The position numbers and the translations under genes were made by a program. Below, piece by piece: positions 56,516 to 64,000 of a stretch of 64,000 nucleotides of DNA. The DNA is taken from assembly GCA_016185755.1 (NCBI GenBank), contig JACPMX010000010.1, positions 3,863-67,862 of the forward strand, read 5' to 3'. How positions within the stretch are numbered: position 1 is the stretch's first letter; the number at the start of each line of letters is the position of its first letter. The stretch comes from Candidatus Woesearchaeota archaeon (lineage in GTDB: Archaea; Nanobdellota; Nanobdellia; Woesearchaeales; GW2011-AR4). The notes below the pieces were generated by a model. That model saw only the letters and a list, made by a program, of their open reading frames with translations, was not told the origin of the DNA and ran no database searches.

Positions 56516-56701
56516 TTATTTTATCAGGCTTTTCCTGAATTTTTCAATCTCGTTAATCTCTATTTCCGGAAATAATCCGCTATAATCGCATTTCCTGCAT
56601 TTCTCCGGTGTCGGCATAAGCATATCAACAAAATTTGTCCTAACAGGCAAGTCTATGCTTCCGCATTTCGGGCAGATTTTTGTGTATTGTGCATCAGCCA
56701 T
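56516..56701 (-). CDS. small zinc-ribbon protein between pheS and pheT
   Basis: 61 aa. CPKCG...CRKCDYSG. Abuts both flanking genes with gaps of 0-1 nt. Confidence 0.5.
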   Translation of the reverse strand: MADAQYTKICPKCGSIDLPVRTNFVDMLMPTPEKCRKCDYSGLFPEIEINEIEKFRKSLIK

Positions 56702-58219
56702 TCAAACCACTTTTGCGTTTCTCAAAAACCCAAGGTCATGCGAAAATAATTGCCTTATATCCTTGATTCCTAGCTTGAACATCGCAATCCTGTCTATCCC
56801 GATGCCCCAGGCCAAAACAGGAACTTCCCTTCCGAGCAGCGGCTTCACGACTTCCGGGCGGAAAATTCCCGAGCCGCCAAGCTCAATCCACCCAAGCTCG
56901 GGATGCTTTGCATGCAATTCTGCGCTCGGCTCCGTGAATGGAAAATACCCCGGAGTTATCTTAATCTGGTCGGTTTCTGCAAATTCCTCAGCAAACATTT
57001 TCAGCACACTTTTAAGGTGCCTGAAGTTTAACCCCTCTTCTATAATAATTCCCTCTGTCTGGTTGAATTCAGGGAAATGAGTTGCATCAACAACGTCATA
57101 CCTGAAGCACCTTGAAATCGCAAAATATTTTCCCGGGATCTCAAGCCCTTTTGATGCAAGCATCCTTGCGGAAGAGGCTGTTCCCTGCGTCCTCAGCATG
57201 TGCCTGTGGGTCCTTTTTGCATCAAAATCATAGCGCCAGCCCCTTGATCCTGTATCAATCCCATTTTCATGAGCTTCCTTCACTTTCTTCACAAGAGCCT
57301 CATCCAGCTTTCCGTATTTCGGCTCCTTTATGTAATAAGCCTGGTGGATGTCCCTTGCAGAATGGAACTGCGGCATGAACAATACATCCATGTCCCAGAA
57401 ATCAGTCTCTACTATAGGGCCCGTCATCTCCTTAAAGCCAAGCGCTATAAATTTCTGCCTGACTTCATCAAGAAATCTTCTGTAATGCTGTTTTCTGCCA
57501 CCAAAAATCGAGGGGACGTTGATCTTGACGTCAAACCTCCTGAATTTCTTGCCCTTCCAAGCGCTTGTCTTTATCAATGAGGGGCTTAATTTCTCAATCA
57601 AATCATCTTCAATCTTTTCCTTCAGCAGCTTTTTTCCTGTTTCTGTCAGCTCTGCGCTTATTATTTTGGACATCTCAACTTTTATAATTCTCTTTCTTTT
57701 CCTTAGATTGTCAAGAACAAACCTTTCCTCTTCATTCAAAGAAAGCAATTCCTTCGGAAAGCTCTCTTTCAGAAACTGTTCTTCAGGAAACCCATGCTTC
57801 ATCAAGTGCTTTCCGTCATCTGTTATGGTGGCAGCAAGCTCCTTTCCCTTTTCTATCTCAATTGCAGCTTTTGACTTCAGTGCGCCAATGGAGATTGCCA
57901 TTTCCTCATTGCTCAGGCCTGTTTTTTTTGCAATCTCAGGAATTGTTGTTTTCTTGTCGATTGCTTCAAGGAATTTCCTTTCAGGAAGGCCTTCTTTTAG
58001 GTATCTCCTCCCGTTATCGTCCAGCACCACTAATTCTTTCTGCTGCTCCTTCAATTTCACAACATTCTTGTTCTGCAGCCACTGCAATGCCCTTGAGACC
58101 TCGACATCCTTCAATCCTGTCACTTTCATGATGTCATGGAAAGAGCTGAAATTATCAAGAACCCTCAAAACTTTCCTTTCAACAGGATTTAAGCTTTCTG
58201 CTAATTTTTTAGTGTCCAT
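56702..58219 (-). CDS. pheS: phenylalanyl-tRNA synthetase alpha subunit
   Basis: 505 aa. Class II core motifs FRPE and HFPEFNQTEG. N-terminal winged-helix repeats. Confidence 0.9.
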   Translation of the reverse strand: MDTKKLAESLNPVERKVLRVLDNFSSFHDIMKVTGLKDVEVSRALQWLQNKNVVKLKEQQKELVVLDDNGRRYLKEGLPERKFLEAIDKKTTIPEIAKKTGLSNEEMAISIGALKSKAAIEIEKGKELAATITDDGKHLMKHGFPEEQFLKESFPKELLSLNEEERFVLDNLRKRKRIIKVEMSKIISAELTETGKKLLKEKIEDDLIEKLSPSLIKTSAWKGKKFRRFDVKINVPSIFGGRKQHYRRFLDEVRQKFIALGFKEMTGPIVETDFWDMDVLFMPQFHSARDIHQAYYIKEPKYGKLDEALVKKVKEAHENGIDTGSRGWRYDFDAKRTHRHMLRTQGTASSARMLASKGLEIPGKYFAISRCFRYDVVDATHFPEFNQTEGIIIEEGLNFRHLKSVLKMFAEEFAETDQIKITPGYFPFTEPSAELHAKHPELGWIELGGSGIFRPEVVKPLLGREVPVLAWGIGIDRIAMFKLGIKDIRQLFSHDLGFLRNAKVV

Positions 58220-58246
58220 ACCAAAGCAAAAACATAAAAATAGCCT

Positions 58247-58759
58247 TTAATGAAGTTCCATCTGCACATAGTGCGCTATAAGGTCGCACACTTCTTCCGG
58301 CGATAAGCCTGATGTGTCAATTGTGTAGTCAGAGGCTCTTTTGTATTTGTCCTGGCACTCGTCAAGAATGCCCTTCATCTTGTCTATGTAATTCTTCTTC
58401 ATGAAATCAGCCTTTTCCTGGCCCTTCCTTATCCTCATCTCTATGACCTTTGGGTCGCACGTCAAAAACACAATCAGCCCGTTCCTTTTGAGGTTTATGA
58501 TGTTCTCGTTTCTTAGCACAGCCACGCTGCCGGTGTCAAATATGCACTCGTCAAGGCTGCTCAGTTCATCTATGACATCAGACTCTATCTCAAGCGCCTT
58601 GTCCCAGCCGTATCTCTTGACGAGCCTGTCAACGCTTAATTTTGTCTTTTTTGCTATTTCTTCGTCAGTGGAAACAAGCTTTTTCCCAAGCGTCCTTGCA
58701 AGCAGCCTTGAAACGGCAGTTTTGCCCGTCCCCCCGAACCCCATCAATGAAATGTTCAT
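58247..58759 (-). CDS. P-loop kinase, shikimate kinase (AroK)-like
   Basis: 170 aa. Walker A GFGGTGKT. STDEEI...FDTGSVAVL...LIVFL has the same spacing as the AroK/NMP-kinase fold. Confidence 0.5.
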   Translation of the reverse strand: MNISLMGFGGTGKTAVSRLLARTLGKKLVSTDEEIAKKTKLSVDRLVKRYGWDKALEIESDVIDELSSLDECIFDTGSVAVLRNENIINLKRNGLIVFLTCDPKVIEMRIRKGQEKADFMKKNYIDKMKGILDECQDKYKRASDYTIDTSGLSPEEVCDLIAHYVQMELH

Positions 58760-59025
58760 TTTGCCTGTTTTATATTATACATTATTTATTCTTTTTGTTT
58801 TTTGTAGTTTTATCATGCGAAGACAATGAGATTAGCAGTTTTTAAGGAAGCTAATCAGTGCTTAAAGAAGAAAAAAATGTATGTGAAGCTCGAGAACAGC
58901 CTGTAGAATGCAAACCCAATCCTTGCCATCGCGTTTTCGATCTTTTTCATTTTGATTGGTAAGTCGAAGTGATATTTAAATGTTGCGGGAAAAGGCATAT
59001 AATGTAAATATAGAAATTAATATAA

Positions 59026-60162
59026 CTACTTTAAGTGTATCTCAACAATATCCCTGTCTTCCAGGGCATGCTCGAGCCTTCTTATAGGCATTCCCGGGAA
59101 TCTCGACGATTTCCCCCATATTCTTGCAAACCTGAATTTTGATATGAAGTCCTTGTGCAGCTTCATGCACACCTCTTTCATTGTATTCCCTTTTCTCATT
59201 ATCAAAGGAACGTCCATATCGGCCTTTTTCCCTATTTCCTTGCAGTAAACCCTGATGAACTCAAGCTTCTTGAAGATTAAATCTTTAAGCTCGTTTGTGT
59301 TTACTTTGTTCTCTGCCGAGATGCAGATGTCAGGCTCTACAATGGACTTTATCCTTTCCAGCTCTTCCTTGTCGACCATGTCTATCTTGTTCAGCACAGT
59401 TATCCCGGGCACGTATTTCTTGTTGCCCTCAATCACATCAATCAGCTGGTCATCGGTTATGTCTTCCCTCACCACAACGCTTGAATTCTCAAGCCTGAAC
59501 TCTTTCAAGATGTTTTTTATGGTTTCCTCTGTTATCTTTGTCAGCTTGACAGTCAAGCCAAGATCAATTCCACCTCTCAGTTTTTTTGCAATCTTCACTT
59601 GCGGCGGCTTCTGGTTTATCCTTAACCCTGTTTCATAGATTTCTTTTTTTACAACCTCAAGATGCTGCGGGTTGAAAGCATCAAGCAAAATAATGACTAA
59701 ATCAGCGCTCTGCGCGCACGCTAAAACTTCTTTCCCCCTTCCCCTTCCTGTCGCAGCTCCCTCCACGATTCCCGGCACATCCAATACCTGTATCTGTGCA
59801 TGGTTATATTCCAGCAATCCCGGGATGCAAGTCAAAGTGGTGAATGCGTAAGCTCCAACCGGAGAGTTTGCGTTTGTTATCGCATTTAACAAAGTTGATT
59901 TCCCAACGCTTGGAAAGCCAACCATTATGACAGTCGCATCCCCCGTCCTTCTTACAGAAAATCCTTCCTGCTTCCCCTTTGAAGAGGCCTTTCTTTGGTA
60001 TTCCTCCTTTAATTTCGCTAATTTTGCCTTTACCAAGCCAATATGAGCCTGTGTCTTCTTGTTGTACTTTGTAGTTGAGAGCTCTTCCTCTAATTCCTTT
60101 ACCTTCCTGTCATATGCAGACTCGTGGGATTTAGCATCCTTTATGTTATACTGCTGCGCCAT
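59026..60162 (-). CDS. DRG-family (Obg-like) GTPase with TGS domain
   Basis: 378 aa. G1 GFPSVGKST, G3 DVPG, G4 NKID. C-terminal TGS domain. Confidence 0.85.
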   Translation of the reverse strand: MAQQYNIKDAKSHESAYDRKVKELEEELSTTKYNKKTQAHIGLVKAKLAKLKEEYQRKASSKGKQEGFSVRRTGDATVIMVGFPSVGKSTLLNAITNANSPVGAYAFTTLTCIPGLLEYNHAQIQVLDVPGIVEGAATGRGRGKEVLACAQSADLVIILLDAFNPQHLEVVKKEIYETGLRINQKPPQVKIAKKLRGGIDLGLTVKLTKITEETIKNILKEFRLENSSVVVREDITDDQLIDVIEGNKKYVPGITVLNKIDMVDKEELERIKSIVEPDICISAENKVNTNELKDLIFKKLEFIRVYCKEIGKKADMDVPLIMRKGNTMKEVCMKLHKDFISKFRFARIWGKSSRFPGMPIRRLEHALEDRDIVEIHLK

Positions 60163-60199
60163 ACGGTAAAGATTAAGAAAAGGTTATAAAAAGGTTTGT

Positions 60200-60898
60200 T
60201 TGGAAAAGATATTTAAACAAATAAACAATCAAATCAATATGTTAGAAGGAATTGAAGCATTGTCAAAAGATGTGTTATATATAATTATTTTTTTAGTTCC
60301 AGGTTATATAGGATTTCAAACAACATTAATGATTTTTTCAGTATTATTCAAACCATTTAAATATCGTTCAAAGAAGATATCTACTTTAGATAAGGCAATA
60401 ATTTCTATTTTATGGAGTGCATTAACTTTTGCAATAATGTTCAATGTTTGGGAAATTGAACAACTTTTTAGTTCAGTAAACATTAAAAACATGGCCCTAA
60501 TGGTAGTCATATCAGTAGGAATCGCAGAATTTATTTCTATAGGTTTCTGGATTTTGTTTTTAGTCATCTTTGGATTTAATACCATATTGGACTTCATAAC
60601 TTATAGTGATAAAACCTTGCCTTTTATCTCGCTTCCAAGGCTAAAACTAATATGGTCTAAGCATTATCAGAATCTTCAAAAAATCCTTTCTGATGATAAC
60701 TATTATGAACTATACTCATCTGCAGCAAACAAAAAAATTATTTCTTTACATCTTATAAATGGGAAAACTTTAAAAGGTATAGTTATAAAAGAAAAGGTCA
60801 TAGATATAACTCAGTTTAAATTTGATGTAGGCAATGAAATATTCATCATCAGTTTAGAAGATGTATACAATATCTCCATCCCTAAAAATCCTCAGTAG
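60200..60898 (+). CDS. membrane protein, AT-rich gene of atypical composition
   Basis: 232 aa with 4 TM segments. Visibly lower GC than its neighbours. Confidence 0.4.
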   Translation: MEKIFKQINNQINMLEGIEALSKDVLYIIIFLVPGYIGFQTTLMIFSVLFKPFKYRSKKISTLDKAIISILWSALTFAIMFNVWEIEQLFSSVNIKNMALMVVISVGIAEFISIGFWILFLVIFGFNTILDFITYSDKTLPFISLPRLKLIWSKHYQNLQKILSDDNYYELYSSAANKKIISLHLINGKTLKGIVIKEKVIDITQFKFDVGNEIFIISLEDVYNISIPKNPQ

Positions 60899-60902
60899 TT
60901 TT

Positions 60903-61553
60903 TCATTTCCTCTTCGGAACTTTCTCCCAATCCTCTAAGAACTTTTTAATCCCAACATCAGTCAATGAGTGCTTGAACAGCTGCTCGAAAACAGAATAAG
61001 GCACTGTTGCTATGTCTGCTCCTATTTTGGCGGCGTCAAGAACATGGATTGGATTCCTCACAGAGGCAACAAGTATCTGTGTAGTAAACTTGTAATTGTC
61101 ATAAATCAGCTTTATATCTTTTACCAGCTCCATCCCCGGCTGGCTGATATCATCCAATCTGCCGACAAAAGGGCTTACGATAAAAGCCCCTGATTTTGCT
61201 GCTAACAAAGCCTGGTTTGCGGAAAAAACTAAAGTGACATTGACCCTTATTCCCTTTTTTGTTAGCCTTTGGCAGGCTTTCATGCCCTCAACAGTCATCG
61301 GAACCTTGACAACAATGTTCTTTGCAATCTTTGAAAATGCAATCCCTTCTTTAACCATTCCGTCAGCATCAAGGGAAACGGTCTCTGCGCTTACAGGACC
61401 TTTGACAATTGAGCAGATTTCTTTTAAAGTTTCGTTATAATCACGGCCTGCTTTCATGATCAAGGATGGATTTGTAGTAACTCCATCGCAATTGCCAGTT
61501 TCAGCGGCCCGCTTTATCTCAGAAACATCTGCAGAGTCGATAAAGATTTGCAT
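60903..61553 (-). CDS. transaldolase / fructose-6-phosphate aldolase (short Tal/FSA type)
   Basis: 216 aa. [14 protein letters not shown]...GVTTNPSL, with the Schiff-base Lys region. Confidence 0.85.
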   Translation of the reverse strand: MQIFIDSADVSEIKRAAETGNCDGVTTNPSLIMKAGRDYNETLKEICSIVKGPVSAETVSLDADGMVKEGIAFSKIAKNIVVKVPMTVEGMKACQRLTKKGIRVNVTLVFSANQALLAAKSGAFIVSPFVGRLDDISQPGMELVKDIKLIYDNYKFTTQILVASVRNPIHVLDAAKIGADIATVPYSVFEQLFKHSLTDVGIKKFLEDWEKVPKRK

Positions 61554-61590
61554 TCTAATGAGTAAGCCGTTATTATTTTAAAACCTTTCC

Positions 61591-62019
61591 CTATATGCTG
61601 ACCAGAACAGAGCCAATCACAATCAGCACAGCCCCTGAAATTATCCTAAAAACCTGGGAAACATCCGGGATTTCCTTCAAAAATATTATTCCAAGAAGTA
61701 CGGCAAGTATGGTGTTTGTATTATAGATTGGAGCAAGCTGAGATACATTTCCTCCTTTTGATATGGCAATAGCAATTGCCAAAAATCCAAGCCCCCAAAC
61801 AACTCCTGCAATCATGGCTAAACTGCCTGATTTCCATTCAAAGCTGAAACTTGGTTTGAAAACAAACAATATGCTGAACAATAAGACTATTCCAAGCCCG
61901 AACACGAAGCTGCCATAGTAAGGCGAGAAATTTCCTTTCTGCGCAGCAACCTTATAGACGATAGTATTAATCGCAAAAAACACCGATGCAGCAATCCCGT
62001 ATAAAATCCAGTTCTGCAT
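61591..62019 (-). CDS. EamA/DMT-like small membrane transporter
   Basis: 142 aa, 4 TM segments. Single EamA-like half domain. Confidence 0.5.
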   Translation of the reverse strand: MQNWILYGIAASVFFAINTIVYKVAAQKGNFSPYYGSFVFGLGIVLLFSILFVFKPSFSFEWKSGSLAMIAGVVWGLGFLAIAIAISKGGNVSQLAPIYNTNTILAVLLGIIFLKEIPDVSQVFRIISGAVLIVIGSVLVSI

Positions 62020-62020
62020 T

Positions 62021-62953
62021 TTATCTTTTCTTTACAAATCGAATAACTTCTTCAGCAATCGATTCAGCATCTAGCCCATACTTCTTGTACAATTCATCCG
62101 GCTTGCCGGATTCTGCATATTTGTCCTGCAGCCCGATCCTTTTCATTCTGCATGGGAAGTTTTCGCTCAAGACCTCTGCAACAGCCGATCCAAGGCCACC
62201 AATAACGTTATGGTCTTCTGCCGTTACAACGCAATTAGTTTTTTTGGCCAGCTCTATAACGAGATTATTGTCAAGCGGCTTTATTGTATGGATGTTGACA
62301 ACATAAACTTTTATTCCTTCTTTTTCAAGTATCTCAGCTGCTTTCAAAGCCTCGTGAACTAAAGTGCCTGTAGCGAAAATTACAGCATCCTTCCCCTGTT
62401 TCAGAACTTCTCCTTTTCCAATCTCAAACTTATAGTCTGCTTTATGGATAACAGGCACAGGATTCCTGTGCATCCTCATGTAAGAAGGTCCCTTGTAATC
62501 AGCCAATGCAAAAACCATTTTTTCAGCCTCGACTGAATCGCATGGCTGCAGCACAATCATGTTCGGCAAAGCCCTGTAAATGGCAATGTCCTCTATAGCC
62601 TGTGCAGATTTGCCGTCTTCCCCTGTAAAAATTCCCGCATGCGAGCCTGCTATTTTGACGTTCAGCTTATTCCTAGAAACAATATTTCTTATAAATTCGT
62701 AAGCCCTCTCGCTGAAGATGGCGAAGGTGCTTGCATACGCTATTTTGCCGGAAAATGCAAGCCCTGCAGCAGCCCCAATCAAGTCCTGCTCGGCAATCCC
62801 CATAGAGAAAAACCTGTCAGGGAACTGCTTTGCAAAGTACTCGCTCCTTGTGCTGTCGCTCAGGTCAGCGTCAAGAGCAACAACATTCTGGTTTTGCTTT
62901 CCCAGTTCGAGCAAAGCCTTTCCATAGCCGTCTCTCGTTGCAAGTTTTTCCAT
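62021..62953 (-). CDS. transketolase, C-terminal (pyrimidine-binding) subunit
   Basis: 310 aa. Matches the C-terminal half of transketolase. Split-gene arrangement. Confidence 0.85.
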   Translation of the reverse strand: MEKLATRDGYGKALLELGKQNQNVVALDADLSDSTRSEYFAKQFPDRFFSMGIAEQDLIGAAAGLAFSGKIAYASTFAIFSERAYEFIRNIVSRNKLNVKIAGSHAGIFTGEDGKSAQAIEDIAIYRALPNMIVLQPCDSVEAEKMVFALADYKGPSYMRMHRNPVPVIHKADYKFEIGKGEVLKQGKDAVIFATGTLVHEALKAAEILEKEGIKVYVVNIHTIKPLDNNLVIELAKKTNCVVTAEDHNVIGGLGSAVAEVLSENFPCRMKRIGLQDKYAESGKPDELYKKYGLDAESIAEEVIRFVKKR

Positions 62954-63049
62954 TTTTTGATTTTTATTATAGGATTTTATTAATGAGTTTTTCGTTAATG
63001 TTCAACCGTTAATGAATTTTCTCGATTTATTTTTGTTTAAATCCGTTGC

Positions 63050-63892
63050 TTACCTAAACTTTTTAACATCTATCTTATCAATCTCCTCAATAGCTTTATT
63101 GTACTCTTCATCATTTGGAGTTTTGCCGTGGAATTTGTGGTTCAGCTCCATGAAAGAAACGCCTTTTCCCTTGATAGTATTTGATATGATTATTGTAGGC
63201 TTCTTGTTTTTCATTTTTGAAGCCTTGTCAAGCGCCTTTACAATCTGCGACATGTCATGGCCGTTTATGTCAATCACGTTCCATCCGAATGCCTTCCATT
63301 TAAGCCCGGCATTGCCGATGTCCATTACATCCTTTACCTTGCCAGTCTGCTGCACCTGGTTCTTGTCAAGAATTACAATAAGATTCTCAAGCTTATAGAA
63401 GGATGCAGCCATCGAGGCTTCCCAAACAGCGCCCTCTTGGGCTTCTCCGTCGCCTATCATTGCATACACGCTGCAGCTTTTCCTGTCAAGCCTGCATGCC
63501 AGCGCAATTCCGAGGGCAAAGCATATCCCCTGCCCAAGCGCCCCGCCGGCAAAATCTATTCCAGGAGTGCTTAATTCAGGATGTCCCTGAAGCATGCTGT
63601 TTATTTTCCTATAGCTTCCTAATTCAGATTTCGGAAAAAATCCCCTGTCAGCCAAAACAGCATATATTGCAGGGCTGCAATGCCCCTTGCTGAGCACAAA
63701 CCTGTCCCTGTCGCCCCAAAGAGGATTTTTAGGATCAACTTTTAACTTGTAATGATAAAGGCCAACCATCACATCTATTGCGCTTAAAGATCCGCCTGGA
63801 TGCCCGGACTGGGCATGGTAAACCATGGTAAGAATTTCTTTTCTAAGCTCCTTTGCCTTCTGCTTAAGCTCCAAGACAGCTTCTTTTGCCAT
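63050..63892 (-). CDS. transketolase, N-terminal (thiamine diphosphate-binding) subunit
   Basis: 280 aa. ThDP-binding GDG...N motif region. Confidence 0.85.
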   Translation of the reverse strand: MAKEAVLELKQKAKELRKEILTMVYHAQSGHPGGSLSAIDVMVGLYHYKLKVDPKNPLWGDRDRFVLSKGHCSPAIYAVLADRGFFPKSELGSYRKINSMLQGHPELSTPGIDFAGGALGQGICFALGIALACRLDRKSCSVYAMIGDGEAQEGAVWEASMAASFYKLENLIVILDKNQVQQTGKVKDVMDIGNAGLKWKAFGWNVIDINGHDMSQIVKALDKASKMKNKKPTIIISNTIKGKGVSFMELNHKFHGKTPNDEEYNKAIEEIDKIDVKKFR

Positions 63893-64000
63893 AGGCCTGT
63901 AGAATTACCATTATCTTTTATACTTTTGCATTAAAATAAAATCAAAAATAAAAGAATTATCTCTTGATTGCTTCTGCTGCCGGCTTCATGTTTTTCCATG

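Noticed and set aside
58818-58840. Further degenerate ORB-like sites (TATCATGCGAAGACAATGAG at about 58821, and TTCCCATGCAAGAT at 26088-26101).
   Set aside because: Only the CATGCGAA or TCC-CATGC core is shared, which is too weak to call without a genome-wide background.
1-64000. CRISPR arrays, inteins, IS elements or integrases.
   Set aside because: No regularly spaced direct repeats were seen. MCM, PolD DP2 and RadA are of canonical length with no intein blocks. No transposase or integrase-like ORFs were found.

Overview
The window is a 64-kb segment of a compact archaeal chromosome with GC around 40%, tightly packed genes with frequent 4- or 8-nt overlaps, and near-leaderless promoters. 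It contains no rRNA or tRNA genes, no CRISPR array and no transposase. The core genes are all archaeal-type. At the start are radA, a DUF4258/DUF2283 toxin-antitoxin-like pair and an RPA gene. In the middle are an RNase P p30-like gene, tbp, an mcm gene followed by a coupled OB-fold gene, and aIF2-beta. Next comes an origin-proximal operon of cdc6/orc1, PolD small subunit (DP1) and PolD large subunit (DP2). This operon is preceded by a pair of inverted ORB-like repeats and an AT-rich tract, which is a strong oriC candidate. A TrmB-family regulator follows, then an almost complete ribosomal-protein super-operon running from L3 through L4, L23, L2, S19, L22, S3, L29, SUI1, S17, L14, L24, S4e, L5, S14, S8, L6, L32e, L19e, L18, S5, L30, an inserted ORF and L15 to secY. 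Downstream are a DUF106 (YidC/Oxa1-like) gene, L34e, L14e, pheS, a Zn-ribbon ORF, pheT, an AroK-like kinase, a DRG GTPase, transaldolase and split transketolase. Several ribosomal proteins (S3, S17, L32e, L14e, S5) carry long Lys/Glu-rich extensions. These extensions, the split transketolase and the reduced metabolism resemble what I would expect of small-genome episymbiotic archaea; this is an inference, not something I can show. The accessory part is a roughly 20-kb run of 21 translationally coupled minus-strand genes (3426-23403), every one of which encodes a signal-peptide or membrane-anchored product. It includes at least eight short proteins with class-III (type-IV-pilin-like) N-termini, a tandem paralog pair, a peptidase M15 (VanY-like) domain protein, a 1692-aa Cys-rich type-I membrane adhesin with thrombospondin-type-3 Ca-binding repeats, a 793-aa Cys-rich secreted protein and a secreted arginase-fold enzyme. 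No assembly ATPase, platform protein or prepilin peptidase lies in the window. I regard this as a candidate undescribed pilus or adhesin surface apparatus, possibly for host contact. Two regulatory motif families recur. One is an 18-bp ORB-like element, exact at two loci with degenerate copies at the cdc6 promoter and upstream of aIF2-beta. The other is a 14-bp ACCACTGGACATTC element about 10 bp upstream of the TATA boxes of mcm, the toxin-antitoxin operon and a small ORF next to radA.
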